A DNA stretch of 64,000 nucleotides from an uncultured Bacteroidales bacterium. Lineage in GTDB: Bacteria; Bacteroidota; Bacteroidia; Bacteroidales; VadinHA17. The notes under the pieces were generated by a model, which saw nothing but the letters and a program-made list of their open reading frames with translations, did not search any database and was not told the origin of the DNA. The stretch is from assembly GCA_963825165.1 (NCBI GenBank), contig CAWGRY010000001.1, positions 116,616 through 180,615 on the forward strand, in the 5' to 3' direction. The translations under genes and the position numbers were made by a program. Below are positions 8,542 to 18,980 of this stretch, one piece after another. Every line of letters begins with the position of its first letter. Position 1 is the stretch's first letter.

Positions 8542-10803
8542 ATGGTTAAAAAGAAGGTTAACATATTCACTGCAGATGATATCAGTCGTATCGAATCTGA
8601 GTTCAGCCTGCTTAGAGACAACTTATACAGGTGTGATAAACCCGGGGACAAGGAGCTTATTGACAAGGCTTTCAGGTTTGCCAACGAGGCACATCGCAAC
8701 ATGTATCGTAACTCCGGCGAGCCATATATCATTCACCCGATCAATGTTGCGCGCATAGTTAACCAGGAGATAGGTCTTGGTGCCAAGTCTGTTGCAGCTG
8801 CCCTGCTGCATGATGTCGTTGAAGACACCGGTGTGCCGCTGGAGGAGATCTCCAAAGAATTCGGTTCGAAAATAGCAACGTTGATTGACGGCCTGACAAA
8901 GATCTCGGGAACCTACAACCAGGAAACCAATTCGCTTCAGGCTGAGAACTTCCGCAAGATGCTCATGACCCTGTCTGATGATATCAGGGTCATTCTCGTC
9001 AAGATAGCCGACAGGTTGCACAACATGCGCACTCTTGATTCAATGCCTGAGCACAAGAGGATGAAGGTTGCCGGAGAGACCGTATACCTGTATGCACCCC
9101 TGGCTCACCGGCTGGGTTTATTTGCCATAAAGACCGAACTGGAGGACCTGAGTTTCAAGTTCAGGCACCCGCGCATCTATGATGAGATAGCGAAAAAAGT
9201 CAAAATGGACGAGAAGAAGAACCTTTCTCTCATAAACAGGTTCAGCCTCCCCATCATTGACAGGCTTAATAACAACAACATCATCTTTGACATTTCCGGA
9301 AGGTTCAAGTCCATTTATTCCATCTGGAAGAAGATGCAATCAAAGAATATCCCCTTCGAGGAAGTGTTTGATCTTCTGGCTGTCAGGGTAGTCTTTGAGC
9401 CCGGCCCCGAAATGAGTGAGAGGGCACAGTGCTGGCAGATCTATTCGCTTATAACAGATATTTACACTCCCAAGCCTGACAGGCTGCGCGACTGGGTGAG
9501 CAGGCCCAAATCAAACGGTTATGAAGCACTGCATCTGACCGTCATGGGGCCGGAAGGGCGCTGGGTGGAAGTGCAGATACGCAGCCAGCGAATGGACGAC
9601 ATTGCTGAGCGGGGATTTGCCGCACACTGGAAATACAAGGGCGACACCACGCTGTCAGAGAATGAGCTTGATAAGTGGCTGAAACATATCCGTGAGATGC
9701 TCGCCAACCCGATGTCGGACCCGATGACCTTCCTCGATGAGTTCAAGATGAGCCTGTTCTCTTCGGAAATAATGGTGTTTACGCCAAAGGGTCTCCTGGT
9801 CAACCTGCCAAAAGGAGCGTCGGCACTCGATTTTGCATACGAGATACACACCGATATAGGCAATAAGGCTATTGGCGCCAAGGTAAATTACAAGCTTTCA
9901 CCCCTGTCGACGACATTGCAGAGCGGTGACCAGGTCGAGATCATTACCTCAAATATTGGCAAACCTGAGAAAGACTGGCTTGAATATGTGCACACGGCAA
10001 AAGCCAGGAATGCTATAAAAGATGTGCTCAAGGATGAATCCACTGACCGAATCCAAAAGGGCATAACCATGCTTGAGCAGAAGCTCAGCGAGCTTGGCAT
10101 CCTGCCCGATTCGGATATCATCAAGAAGCTGCTCGACTACTATGACCTCCTGAACAAGGATGAGCTTTATTCGCGCATCAGCCTGGGGCTTATTAACCTT
10201 AACGATATACGCAAGGTGCTTAAAAAAGCACCCGAAGGCAGCCTGCGCAAATACTGGAAGCTTGCTGTCGGGACAGTCGTCAAAAGAGCACCAGTGGAAA
10301 AGGAGACAACGGCAGCAGCAGCACCGATCGATAAGAGCCACCCGTACCTCCTGCGCGAAAATATTGACAGCACCGGAGATTCGTATTCTATTGCACAGTG
10401 CTGTAATCCCATTCCCGGAGATGAAGTTGTCGGATATATTGACCTGAATAATTCGATAATCGTTCATAAACCCAAATGTCCTGTTGCAGTCAAGCTGATG
10501 TCAAGCGAGGGCAACAGAATCATACCGGTCAGGTGGACGATACATAAACTGGCCTCTTTTCTGGCCAGGGTAAGCATTAACGGCATTGACAGAATTGGAC
10601 TGATCAATGAGACAACAAATCTTATTTCGATGGAGCTCAATGTAAACATACGTAATATCAACGTTTCTGTTTACAACGGAATATTTGAGGGTACTATCGA
10701 CTTGTATGTGCATCATACCCGTGACCTGAACAATCTTATCATGCAACTTTCAAACATCAAGGGTATTTCAAGCGTGAAGAGAGTTGAAGAATTCGTTGAA
10801 TAA
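8542..10803 (+). CDS. Bifunctional (p)ppGpp synthetase/hydrolase, RelA/SpoT homologue (RSH)
   Basis: HD hydrolase motif LLHDVVEDT, synthetase motif RDWVSRPKSNGYEALHLTV, then TGS- and ACT-like C-terminal regions. 753 aa. Confidence 0.92.
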   Translation: MVKKKVNIFTADDISRIESEFSLLRDNLYRCDKPGDKELIDKAFRFANEAHRNMYRNSGEPYIIHPINVARIVNQEIGLGAKSVAAALLHDVVEDTGVPLEEISKEFGSKIATLIDGLTKISGTYNQETNSLQAENFRKMLMTLSDDIRVILVKIADRLHNMRTLDSMPEHKRMKVAGETVYLYAPLAHRLGLFAIKTELEDLSFKFRHPRIYDEIAKKVKMDEKKNLSLINRFSLPIIDRLNNNNIIFDISGRFKSIYSIWKKMQSKNIPFEEVFDLLAVRVVFEPGPEMSERAQCWQIYSLITDIYTPKPDRLRDWVSRPKSNGYEALHLTVMGPEGRWVEVQIRSQRMDDIAERGFAAHWKYKGDTTLSENELDKWLKHIREMLANPMSDPMTFLDEFKMSLFSSEIMVFTPKGLLVNLPKGASALDFAYEIHTDIGNKAIGAKVNYKLSPLSTTLQSGDQVEIITSNIGKPEKDWLEYVHTAKARNAIKDVLKDESTDRIQKGITMLEQKLSELGILPDSDIIKKLLDYYDLLNKDELYSRISLGLINLNDIRKVLKKAPEGSLRKYWKLAVGTVVKRAPVEKETTAAAAPIDKSHPYLLRENIDSTGDSYSIAQCCNPIPGDEVVGYIDLNNSIIVHKPKCPVAVKLMSSEGNRIIPVRWTIHKLASFLARVSINGIDRIGLINETTNLISMELNVNIRNINVSVYNGIFEGTIDLYVHHTRDLNNLIMQLSNIKGISSVKRVEEFVE

Positions 10804-10845
10804 CAAACCCTCAGGGAACAAAAGAACATCAAATCACAGTGAATA

Positions 10846-11286
10846 ATGGTCAGTGAAGACGCCAGGGCAATTGTAAAACAGATCTTTACAGAGTATCTCG
10901 GCAATCATTCGATGAGGAAGACCCCGGAACGGTTTGCCATCCTCGATGAAATATATTCCAGGGAGGGACATTTCGATATTGAGTTGCTTTTCAATTTCAT
11001 GAATGACAAGCACTACCGCGTATCAAGGGCTACCCTGTACAATACTATTGAGCTGCTTATCGACTGCAAGCTGGTTGTCAGGCATAAATTCGGCCGCAGC
11101 CAGGCGCAATACGAGAAGACATACCAGGCCGGACAGCATGATCACCTGATAAACACCGAAACGGGTGCCCTGCTCGAGTTTCATGACCCAAGGATCAATG
11201 AGATAATTAAAAGCGCCTGCGCAGAGAATGATTTCCTGCTTCATCATTACTCGCTTTACATTTTCGGGAAGCAACCCGGAAAATAA
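10846..11286 (+). CDS. Fur-family transcriptional regulator (Cys-poor variant)
   Basis: 146 aa with a winged-helix N-terminus (RKTPERFAILDEIY...RVSRATLYNTIELL) and a QHDHLIN metal-site remnant. It lies directly upstream of purA. Confidence 0.7.
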   Translation: MVSEDARAIVKQIFTEYLGNHSMRKTPERFAILDEIYSREGHFDIELLFNFMNDKHYRVSRATLYNTIELLIDCKLVVRHKFGRSQAQYEKTYQAGQHDHLINTETGALLEFHDPRINEIIKSACAENDFLLHHYSLYIFGKQPGK

Positions 11287-11401
11287 TCTTATTGGAGAAA
11301 CATGTCTTCAGAACTTATCAACAAGTGATTACTTTCTGAAAATCATCTTAATTAATTTGTAAATTGCTCACTGTTTTTCAAACTGGTGATGATTACCTAT
11401 T

Positions 11402-12664
11402 ATGAAGATTGACATATTGTTAGGGCTCCAGTGGGGAGATGAGGGGAAGGGAAAAATAGTTGACGCGTTAGCACCGGAGTATGATATTGTTGCGCGTTTC
11501 CAGGGAGGCCCGAATGCCGGACATACAATTGAATTTAATAACACCAAACATGTGCTTCATCTGATCCCTTCGGGTATTTTTCACGAGGGTAAGATCAACG
11601 TAATAGGAAATGGGCTTGTGCTTGATCCGGTGGTGTTCCGCCATGAGGTTGAGAGTCTCGGTATCGACGTCAGGAAAGTGATCGAGAGACTGCTAATCTC
11701 TTTCAGGGCACACCTGATTCTCCCGACGCACAAGTTGCTCGATGCTGCCCACGAGACCTCGCTGGGAGATTCAAAGATAGGATCCACACTGCGGGGCATT
11801 GGTCCGGCATATACTGACAAGGCTGCGCGAAGCGGCATGAGAGTTGGTGATCTTTTCAGAAAAGATTTTACCGTCCTGTATAAGGCACTTGTCAGCGAGC
11901 ATCTAATGAGGCTTAAAGGGTACGGCTCCAGTCAAAGCCTGAAGGAGCTTGAAGAGGAATGGTTTGATGCCATGGAGTACCTGAAGCAGTTTAAAACGAT
12001 AAATGCAGATTACTACCTCGACAGCTGTCTCAGCAAGGGCATGCGAGTACTGGCGGAGGGTGCGCAGGGGACGATGCTTGACATTGATTTCGGGACTTAT
12101 CCTTATGTCACTTCTTCAAATACAGTGGCTGCAGGAGCATGTACCGGTCTCGGGGTAGCGCCCGGGCGCACGGGAGAAGTCTTTGGTATCTTCAAGGCCT
12201 ATTGCACCAGGGTAGGCAGCGGTCCGTTCCCGACTGAGCTGAATGATGAGTACGGCCAGATGATGCGTGACCTCGGTAATGAGTACGGTGCTACCACTGG
12301 CCGCCCCCGTCGCTGCGGATGGCTTGACCTCCCGGCATTGAAATATGCCATCATGATCAACGGTGTGACCCGTCTTTTCATGATGAAGGCTGATGTTCTG
12401 TCAGGCTTCAGTGAGGTTAAGGTATGTACTTCTTACACCGTCAACGGTGCGACAGTCTCCGAGCTTCCTTACTGCCTGGCAGATATCGAAGCCCTTAACT
12501 ACCGGAGCATGCCCGGGTGGAAGTGTGATATCAAAGGATTTCAGAAATGGGATGAACTGCCTGCAGAGCTCAGGGATTACATTGAATATATTGAAAAAGA
12601 AACAGGGGTGCCGATAACAATAGTCTCTGTCGGCCCTGACAGGTCTGCTACCATATACAGGTAG
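11402..12664 (+). CDS. purA: Adenylosuccinate synthase
   Basis: N-terminus LGLQWGDEGKGKIVD plus GPNAGHT and GATTGRPRRCGWLD motifs. 420 aa. Confidence 0.95.
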   Translation: MKIDILLGLQWGDEGKGKIVDALAPEYDIVARFQGGPNAGHTIEFNNTKHVLHLIPSGIFHEGKINVIGNGLVLDPVVFRHEVESLGIDVRKVIERLLISFRAHLILPTHKLLDAAHETSLGDSKIGSTLRGIGPAYTDKAARSGMRVGDLFRKDFTVLYKALVSEHLMRLKGYGSSQSLKELEEEWFDAMEYLKQFKTINADYYLDSCLSKGMRVLAEGAQGTMLDIDFGTYPYVTSSNTVAAGACTGLGVAPGRTGEVFGIFKAYCTRVGSGPFPTELNDEYGQMMRDLGNEYGATTGRPRRCGWLDLPALKYAIMINGVTRLFMMKADVLSGFSEVKVCTSYTVNGATVSELPYCLADIEALNYRSMPGWKCDIKGFQKWDELPAELRDYIEYIEKETGVPITIVSVGPDRSATIYR

Positions 12665-12667
12665 ACT

Positions 12668-13135
12668 TTACTCTTTTTTATAAACCCAGGCCTCCCCGTT
12701 AATATTCTCCTGGATACTTCCCACCGAATTCCATGCTTCGCGCATGGTTGGAAATGATTTTGCCGAAACCAGATGCCACCTTCCGCCATCCATATCAACC
12801 AGCTGGGCGTTATAGCCCAGACCTTTTATATGACCAAGCCAATCATCAGCATAAGCAGGCGTAAGGAAACTGCCAACAATGACATGGTAAATTCCGGTTT
12901 CCAAAGTTTCCTGTTCGGCAATTCTGTTGAGCTCTTCCTGCCGGGCCTTATCAGCTGCCGCAGCCTGTTCCTCAGCAACACGTATAGAATCTGCAACCCG
13001 GTATGCCTCCTGTTGCTTCTGCAGGGCTTCTGTCTGCCGTTTCTTCTTTCCGAAAGGATTAATGCTTTTCATGAAATCACATGAAGGGGTAAGGAGCATA
13101 ATCACTGCCAGTAGTACGAGGATCAGTCTCTTCAT
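12668..13135 (-). CDS. SPOR domain lipoprotein (peptidoglycan-binding)
   Basis: Lipoprotein signal MKRLILVLLAVIMLLTPSC, a coiled charged linker, and a C-terminal SPOR-like segment (YHVIVGSFLTPAYADDWLGHIKGLGYNAQLV). Confidence 0.65.
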   Translation of the reverse strand: MKRLILVLLAVIMLLTPSCDFMKSINPFGKKKRQTEALQKQQEAYRVADSIRVAEEQAAAADKARQEELNRIAEQETLETGIYHVIVGSFLTPAYADDWLGHIKGLGYNAQLVDMDGGRWHLVSAKSFPTMREAWNSVGSIQENINGEAWVYKKE

Positions 13136-13279
13136 AAATGATAGTTTTTCAAGATTATAAAGGATAAAGATAGGAGAATCGGCTTAACAAAGCAATGAAA
13201 TTATGATAAAGGTAACCTTGCTTGTAAATTCTTTATTAAATTGGGTTGCTTTTTAAAAACCATAAAATAAGGTAATCGG

Positions 13280-15193
13280 ATGAAATCATTAATCCAGTTT
13301 TTCGAAGAGAATGTTGAGAAGTATGCGAACAATATTTTTTTATGGGAAAAGCCCCAGGAAAAATATGAGGGGACCACTTATCAGGAAGTCAGACGCCAGG
13401 TTCATGAGTTCGCAGCCGGACTGTTGCAGATGGGCATTAAAAAAGGAGACCATGTCAGCCTCCTGGCCGAGGGACGGAATAACTGGGTGATAGGCGAATT
13501 GGGAATTCTGTATGCCGGCGGTGTCAATATACCCCTGTCTGTGAAACTGAATCCGGAAGAGATAAAGTTCAGGCTGATTCATTCAGAATCGAAGATGGTG
13601 ATAACTTCCAGCGGCCAGGCACCCAAAATACTCGAAGTCATTGACAAGTGCCCCGCCATCAGTAAGATTATATTTATGGATCCAAGGGAGGAATATTCTG
13701 ATAGCGAGATACATTTCAATGAAGTAAGAAAAACCGGGCGTGAATGGCTTGATAACCCGGTCAACAGAAAGACCTTTGAAGAGTTTACGGCATCCATTGT
13801 TCCATCAGACCCTGCAAACATATGCTATACATCCGGCACAACCGCCGACCCTAAGGGAATCATCCTCACTCACAGCAACTATGTCACCAATGTGTACCAG
13901 GCATATACGCTGATGGATATCCCGCAGCACTACAAGACCCTGCTTATCCTGCCGTGGGATCACTCTTTTGCCCATACGGCGGGCATTTATGCCTTCATGG
14001 GCAAGGGAGCCAGCATCGCTTCGGTGAAGACGGGCAAAACACCTATGGAGAACCTGCGCAACATACCTATATGCATGAAGGAGATCAAGCCTAATCTTCT
14101 CCTTAGTGTACCAGCGCTGGCCAAGAACTTCAGGAAGAACATAGAAAAAGGCATAAGGGAAAAAGGTAAAGTGACCGAGACGCTCTTCAATACTGCGCTG
14201 AAGATGGCATATTCCTACAACAAGGAAGGATATAATAAGGGAATGGGATTACAGAAGATCAAAAAACCTCTGCTTGACCTCTTTGACAGGATACTCTTCT
14301 CAAAAGTGCGTGAGGCTTTCGGCGGCGAGCTTGAATTCTTTATCGGCGGAGGAGCGTTGCTGGATATTGAATTGCAGCGATTCTTCTATGCCATAGGTGT
14401 TCCTATGTTCCAGGGATACGGATTGTCTGAAGCATCACCCATTATCTCATCCAACGGTCAGAAAAGGCATAAGCTGGGATCATCCGGTTATCTTGTCAAC
14501 AATATGGAGCTTAAGATATGTGATGACAACGGCAACACGCTGCCCGCAGGTGAAAAGGGAGAGATAGTCATCAGGGGAGGAAATGTCATGTCGGGCTACT
14601 GGAAAAATGAGGTAGCAACCAGTGAGGCGATACGCGACGGATGGCTCTATACGGGAGACATGGGATACATTACGGAAGATGGATTCCTGTATGTTCTGGG
14701 GCGGTTCAAAAGCCTCCTGATTTCTGATGACGGAGAGAAATTCAGCCCGGAGGGAATTGAAGAGGCAATGGCAGAACAGTCGAAATACATAGACCAGTGC
14801 ATGCTCTACAACAATCAGAAGCCTTACACGGTTGCACTGATTGTACCGAACCAGCATGCGCTCAAGCTTTATCTTGAAGAGCGCAACCTGTCAGCCACCA
14901 CCGAGGAAGGCAAGCGTGCCGTGCTGAACCTCATAGAGAGTGAGGTCAACGAATACCGCATCAACGGGAAATACGGGTACATGTTCCCGCACCGCTGGCT
15001 ACCAGTGGCACTGGGCATACTCAATGAGAGCTTCAACGAAGAAAACGGCATGATGAACTCAGTGATGAAAATCGTACGCGGTAAAATCACTACCAGGTAC
15101 CAGGACCTTATCGACTGGCTTTACACGCCAATGGGTAAGGCCGTTAACCATGAGCGCAATATGGAAGAGGTCGAGAAGATGAAACTCGGCTGA
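13280..15193 (+). CDS. Long-chain fatty acid-CoA ligase (AMP-binding family)
   Basis: AMP-binding signature ICYTSGTTADPKGI, then GYGLSEASP and YTGDMGY...DGFLYVLGRFK motifs. 637 aa. Confidence 0.85.
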   Translation: MKSLIQFFEENVEKYANNIFLWEKPQEKYEGTTYQEVRRQVHEFAAGLLQMGIKKGDHVSLLAEGRNNWVIGELGILYAGGVNIPLSVKLNPEEIKFRLIHSESKMVITSSGQAPKILEVIDKCPAISKIIFMDPREEYSDSEIHFNEVRKTGREWLDNPVNRKTFEEFTASIVPSDPANICYTSGTTADPKGIILTHSNYVTNVYQAYTLMDIPQHYKTLLILPWDHSFAHTAGIYAFMGKGASIASVKTGKTPMENLRNIPICMKEIKPNLLLSVPALAKNFRKNIEKGIREKGKVTETLFNTALKMAYSYNKEGYNKGMGLQKIKKPLLDLFDRILFSKVREAFGGELEFFIGGGALLDIELQRFFYAIGVPMFQGYGLSEASPIISSNGQKRHKLGSSGYLVNNMELKICDDNGNTLPAGEKGEIVIRGGNVMSGYWKNEVATSEAIRDGWLYTGDMGYITEDGFLYVLGRFKSLLISDDGEKFSPEGIEEAMAEQSKYIDQCMLYNNQKPYTVALIVPNQHALKLYLEERNLSATTEEGKRAVLNLIESEVNEYRINGKYGYMFPHRWLPVALGILNESFNEENGMMNSVMKIVRGKITTRYQDLIDWLYTPMGKAVNHERNMEEVEKMKLG

Positions 15194-15214
15194 ACATAAT
15201 AATTTATATTCCAG

Positions 15215-17059
15215 ATGAAGTTTAAGGTGTTTCTGGCTGTCTCTGTTACAGCTCTGTCGATGACTTTATGTACCGGTGATAAAAGCCCGGTATGGCAACC
15301 GGCCGAAAATCCGCTTTTCACCGTATGGGGTGAAAAGGTTGACCCCTCTGCCCCATGGCCTGAATACCCTCGTCCAGGACTGGTAAGGGAAGAGTGGATG
15401 AGTCTTAACGGTCTGTGGGACTATGCCATCTGCGGGAAGGAAGAATCCCGTCCGGCTCCGGAAGGGGAAATACTCGTACCCTTCCCGGTTGAATCGGCGC
15501 TCTCAGGTGTAAGACTGAGAATGACAGATTCACTCGCACTCTGGTACTCACGTCAGTTCGAGCTACCCAAAGTGTGGCGAAACAAACAGATAATACTGAA
15601 TTTTGAGGCATCCGACTGGGAGACATCCGTATGGATCGATGATAATTTCGCGATGGTTCACCATGGAGGATATGATCCCTTTTCATGCAATATCTCCCAG
15701 TTCCTTTCAGAGAGCAGGAGACACAGTATTGTTGTCAGGGTAACTGACCCTACTGATAAGGGAAGGCAACCGAGAGGAAAACAGGTTTCCGGACCGGGCG
15801 GGATATGGTATACTCCTTCTTCGGGTATATGGCAGAGTGTGTGGCTGGAACCTGCAGGCATTTCATGGATAGGTGACCTGCGTATTATACCTGATATAGA
15901 CAACAACAAGCTGTATGTCACAGTACTGGAAGAGAGGTGCAATGGCCCTGAGGGTTGCCCACCAATTGATATGGCCCCTTCGCTTGCCGAGGTGACTGTT
16001 TCTCTTGACGGAACAATAATCGGAACCGCTGCGGGGGAGACAGGTATGCCTGTAACAATTGGTATAACTGATCCAAAACTGTGGAGCCCTGACAATCCTG
16101 TTCTGTATGACCTGAAGATCAGGCTCATCACCGGAGGCAAAGTTAACGATGAGGTCAGCTCTTACACAGGGATGAGGAAAGTATCACTGGGTGTCACCGA
16201 AGATGGCATCACACGTATAATGCTGAATAACAGCTTTGTATGGCAAAACGGTCCGCTTGACCAGGGCTTCTGGCCTGACGGCATCTACACTCCTCCTTCT
16301 GATGAGGCAATGAGATATGATATTGAGATGCTGAAGAAGATGGGATTCAATATGATGCGCAAGCATGTCAAGGTCGAGAACAGGAGATTTTACTACCACA
16401 CTGATCGCCTGGGAATGCTGGTCTGGCAGGATATGCCAAGCGGTGATGACTATATAGGCGGCAATGACCCGGATATAAAAAAGAGTGCGGGTGATTCTGC
16501 GCAGTTCATGACAGAGCTGAGCAGGATGATTGACACGAAATTCAATAATCCCTCTGTAATAATGTGGGTAATCTATAACGAGGGATGGGGTCAGTACAAC
16601 ACCGCGGCTGTCACAGGTTATGTTACTGATTATGATACAACGCGCCTGGTCAACAGTGCTTCAGGATGGACTGACCGCGGAACCGGTCATGTAAGGGATG
16701 TGCACAACTATCCCGATCCGGTTGCACCTGCAGCTGAACCAGACAGAGCCATTGTTCTCGGTGAATTCGGCGGGCTCGGCCTCCCTGTGCCGGGTCACAC
16801 CTGGGAGCAGAAGAACTGGGGTTACCAGAAAATGAGTGACAGCACAGACCTGCTGAGGAGATATGAGCAGTTCTATGCCATCGTCAGGGACCTTGTCAGT
16901 GTGAAGGGATTAAGCGCTTCAGTGTATACGCAGACCACGGATGTTGAGACAGAGACAAACGGTCTCATGACCTACGACCGCAAGGTTGACAAAATGGGCT
17001 TTGAAAATGTCCGCAAAGCCATGAACTCAGAGCTCAGGGCTCAGAGCACAGGGCTGTAG
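15215..17059 (+). CDS. Glycoside hydrolase family 2 lipoprotein
   Basis: Lipoprotein signal (LSMTLC), a GH2 sugar-binding-type N-terminus (LNGLWDY, VWIDDNF..HHGGYDPF), and a TIM-barrel region with MRKHVK and VIYNEGWG. Confidence 0.75.
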   Translation: MKFKVFLAVSVTALSMTLCTGDKSPVWQPAENPLFTVWGEKVDPSAPWPEYPRPGLVREEWMSLNGLWDYAICGKEESRPAPEGEILVPFPVESALSGVRLRMTDSLALWYSRQFELPKVWRNKQIILNFEASDWETSVWIDDNFAMVHHGGYDPFSCNISQFLSESRRHSIVVRVTDPTDKGRQPRGKQVSGPGGIWYTPSSGIWQSVWLEPAGISWIGDLRIIPDIDNNKLYVTVLEERCNGPEGCPPIDMAPSLAEVTVSLDGTIIGTAAGETGMPVTIGITDPKLWSPDNPVLYDLKIRLITGGKVNDEVSSYTGMRKVSLGVTEDGITRIMLNNSFVWQNGPLDQGFWPDGIYTPPSDEAMRYDIEMLKKMGFNMMRKHVKVENRRFYYHTDRLGMLVWQDMPSGDDYIGGNDPDIKKSAGDSAQFMTELSRMIDTKFNNPSVIMWVIYNEGWGQYNTAAVTGYVTDYDTTRLVNSASGWTDRGTGHVRDVHNYPDPVAPAAEPDRAIVLGEFGGLGLPVPGHTWEQKNWGYQKMSDSTDLLRRYEQFYAIVRDLVSVKGLSASVYTQTTDVETETNGLMTYDRKVDKMGFENVRKAMNSELRAQSTGL

Positions 17060-17062
17060 AAT

Positions 17063-17614
17063 TTACACAAGCAGCCGGCTCTTGAAGGGCAGGAAGGTCA
17101 TGAAGTCGGCATGATGCACTATATAAGCTTCCGTGGTGCGCTTGACAAGATCACCTTCATGAGCGTGGGCGGCAATTATGTGACACACTTCGGGCGGTAT
17201 ACCGCATTCCTCTGCCAGGCTGACGCCTGAGAACGGATGTCTCAGATACTGTCCGTATTTACCCTGTACAGCCTTACCCTGCGCGTCAAGCTCATATTCC
17301 AGCATCTTGCCGACATCAGCGAGGATAGCTCCGGCAATGAGCACATCCATGTTCACCGGAAGTTCATCCCTGAAGAACTGGTTCATCTTTTCCCCTGCCT
17401 CCCGCGCAACATGTACTACGCACCTCTTGTGATCCATGAAGGTCACCTTAAGATCGGGGCCGCAAAGCAAGGTGAAGGGTATGCGGTTCAGATCACCTGC
17501 TGTCAGCACGCTGCGTTCCAGTGCCAGTTCCCATGTCCGGGCTGTTTTCTCCCTGAGACCGGGATCTTTGATCCACTCCAGTTCAGGCCAAAGTTTTTTA
17601 ATCTCTTCTGTCAT
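17063..17614 (-). CDS. HD-superfamily phosphohydrolase-like protein
   Basis: 183 aa with His/Asp-rich conserved positions (FMDHKRCVVHV, AILADVGK, IIAAHAHEGD, IVHHADF) resembling an HD domain. The function call is tentative. Confidence 0.5.
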   Translation of the reverse strand: MTEEIKKLWPELEWIKDPGLREKTARTWELALERSVLTAGDLNRIPFTLLCGPDLKVTFMDHKRCVVHVAREAGEKMNQFFRDELPVNMDVLIAGAILADVGKMLEYELDAQGKAVQGKYGQYLRHPFSGVSLAEECGIPPEVCHIIAAHAHEGDLVKRTTEAYIVHHADFMTFLPFKSRLLV

Positions 17615-17623
17615 AACCGGTTT

Positions 17624-18817
17624 CTATAAGTGTGCAATAATTGCATCAGTCATCTGAATTGTAGAGGCTGCCCCCATTGTAACTACTTCAGGTTTGCCTG
17701 CGAGCTTCATCATATCATAGGTTCTGACTTTGCCTTCCTCAATCACCCCGGCTACAGCCTTCCTGATGCGTGCGGCAATATCCTTTTCATCGATATATTC
17801 AAGCATCATGCATGCCGATTCGATCATAGCAATCGGGTTGACGATAGGTACACTGTAACCTGCGTATTTCGGTGCTGATCCGTGGGTGGGTTCAAAGACG
17901 CCGATGCCATCCTCCGAGAACTGGGCACTGCAGGCAAAGCCCAGCCCGCCAATCAGTCCTGCAAAAGCATCGGAGGCAATGTCTCCAAACATATTGCTGG
18001 CAACAATAACACCATAATCCTCGGGATTCTTCGTGAGCCACATCATCTGTGCATCGATGTTGGTATTATGGAGCTGTATTGCCGGAAATTCGTTCTTCTG
18101 CATCTCCTTGGCTATCTTCCACATGAGACCTGACGTCTCACGTATTACATTAGGCTTTTCACAAACAGTCACTGATTTGTAACCGTATTTTACTGCATGC
18201 TGAAATGCAGCTCTCAGAATGCGCACGGTATATTTCCTGGTCAGGATACGTGTTGATACCGCCAGCTCCTCCTTCGGGCACCAGCCGAAATTTTCCCGGA
18301 ATTTGGGATGTGTCATAAGGGCATCATACACCTGCTGGGGAGGGTTTGACCACTCTACACCTCCATAGAGTCCTTCTGTGTTCTGACGGAATATTACAAC
18401 GTCAACCATCGGTTCTTCGGGATTACCATCCCTGCCACGGCGAATGAAATTAAGAGGATTGCCCTTGTAGCTCCGGCATGGTCTCACGCAGATATCAAGG
18501 CCAAAATGCTGTCTCAGACCAACGATGGGGCTGCTGTAAGTAAAACCCTTGCCCTGCAGTGCAGGAGAGAGCTCGGCTGCAGCTTCATCTTTAGGCTTGG
18601 AGGTTATTGCCCCAAAAAGTGCTATCTTATGTTCAGCGATCAGGTCAATCGTCCGCTGAGGCAGGGGATTGCCTTCACTGCACCAGAAATCCCATCCGAT
18701 GTCACCATAAATATATTCTGCATCAAAACCTGCCGCGTCGAGTACGCGTACGGCCTCTTTAAGTACCACGGTGCCTATCCCGTCACCCGGCAGTGCCACA
18801 ATCTTGCGTTTAGCCAT
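17624..18817 (-). CDS. Isocitrate/isopropylmalate dehydrogenase family protein (likely isocitrate dehydrogenase)
   Basis: N-terminus IVALPGDGIGTVV, FRQNTEGLY and NMFGDIASDAFAGLIGGLG are hallmarks of the beta-decarboxylating dehydrogenase family. 397 aa. Confidence 0.8.
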   Translation of the reverse strand: MAKRKIVALPGDGIGTVVLKEAVRVLDAAGFDAEYIYGDIGWDFWCSEGNPLPQRTIDLIAEHKIALFGAITSKPKDEAAAELSPALQGKGFTYSSPIVGLRQHFGLDICVRPCRSYKGNPLNFIRRGRDGNPEEPMVDVVIFRQNTEGLYGGVEWSNPPQQVYDALMTHPKFRENFGWCPKEELAVSTRILTRKYTVRILRAAFQHAVKYGYKSVTVCEKPNVIRETSGLMWKIAKEMQKNEFPAIQLHNTNIDAQMMWLTKNPEDYGVIVASNMFGDIASDAFAGLIGGLGFACSAQFSEDGIGVFEPTHGSAPKYAGYSVPIVNPIAMIESACMMLEYIDEKDIAARIRKAVAGVIEEGKVRTYDMMKLAGKPEVVTMGAASTIQMTDAIIAHL

Positions 18818-18931
18818 GTTATGTGATATTTATGTTTGTTAATTCGTTATCGCGTAAAAATATAGTTTTTATTGTGTTAAAAAAAAGACTTATGCAGATA
18901 AAAACTCATGAAGGATGCACGGGAAAAAAAC

Positions 18932-18939
18932 TATATTTG
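18932..18939 (+). promoter_or_regulatory. Putative -7 box (TATATTTG) upstream of pepD
   Basis: TATATTTG matches TAnnTTTG and lies 42 nt upstream of ATG 18981. Confidence 0.3.
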
Positions 18940-18980
18940 CCGCTTCAAAAGACTCTGTGAAGTTTTAATACAAAGAATGC

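Noticed and set aside
11287-11401. A possible purine riboswitch or other leader RNA upstream of purA.
   Set aside because: The 115-nt spacer shows no conserved three-way-junction-like pairing or obvious stable structure, so no call can be supported.
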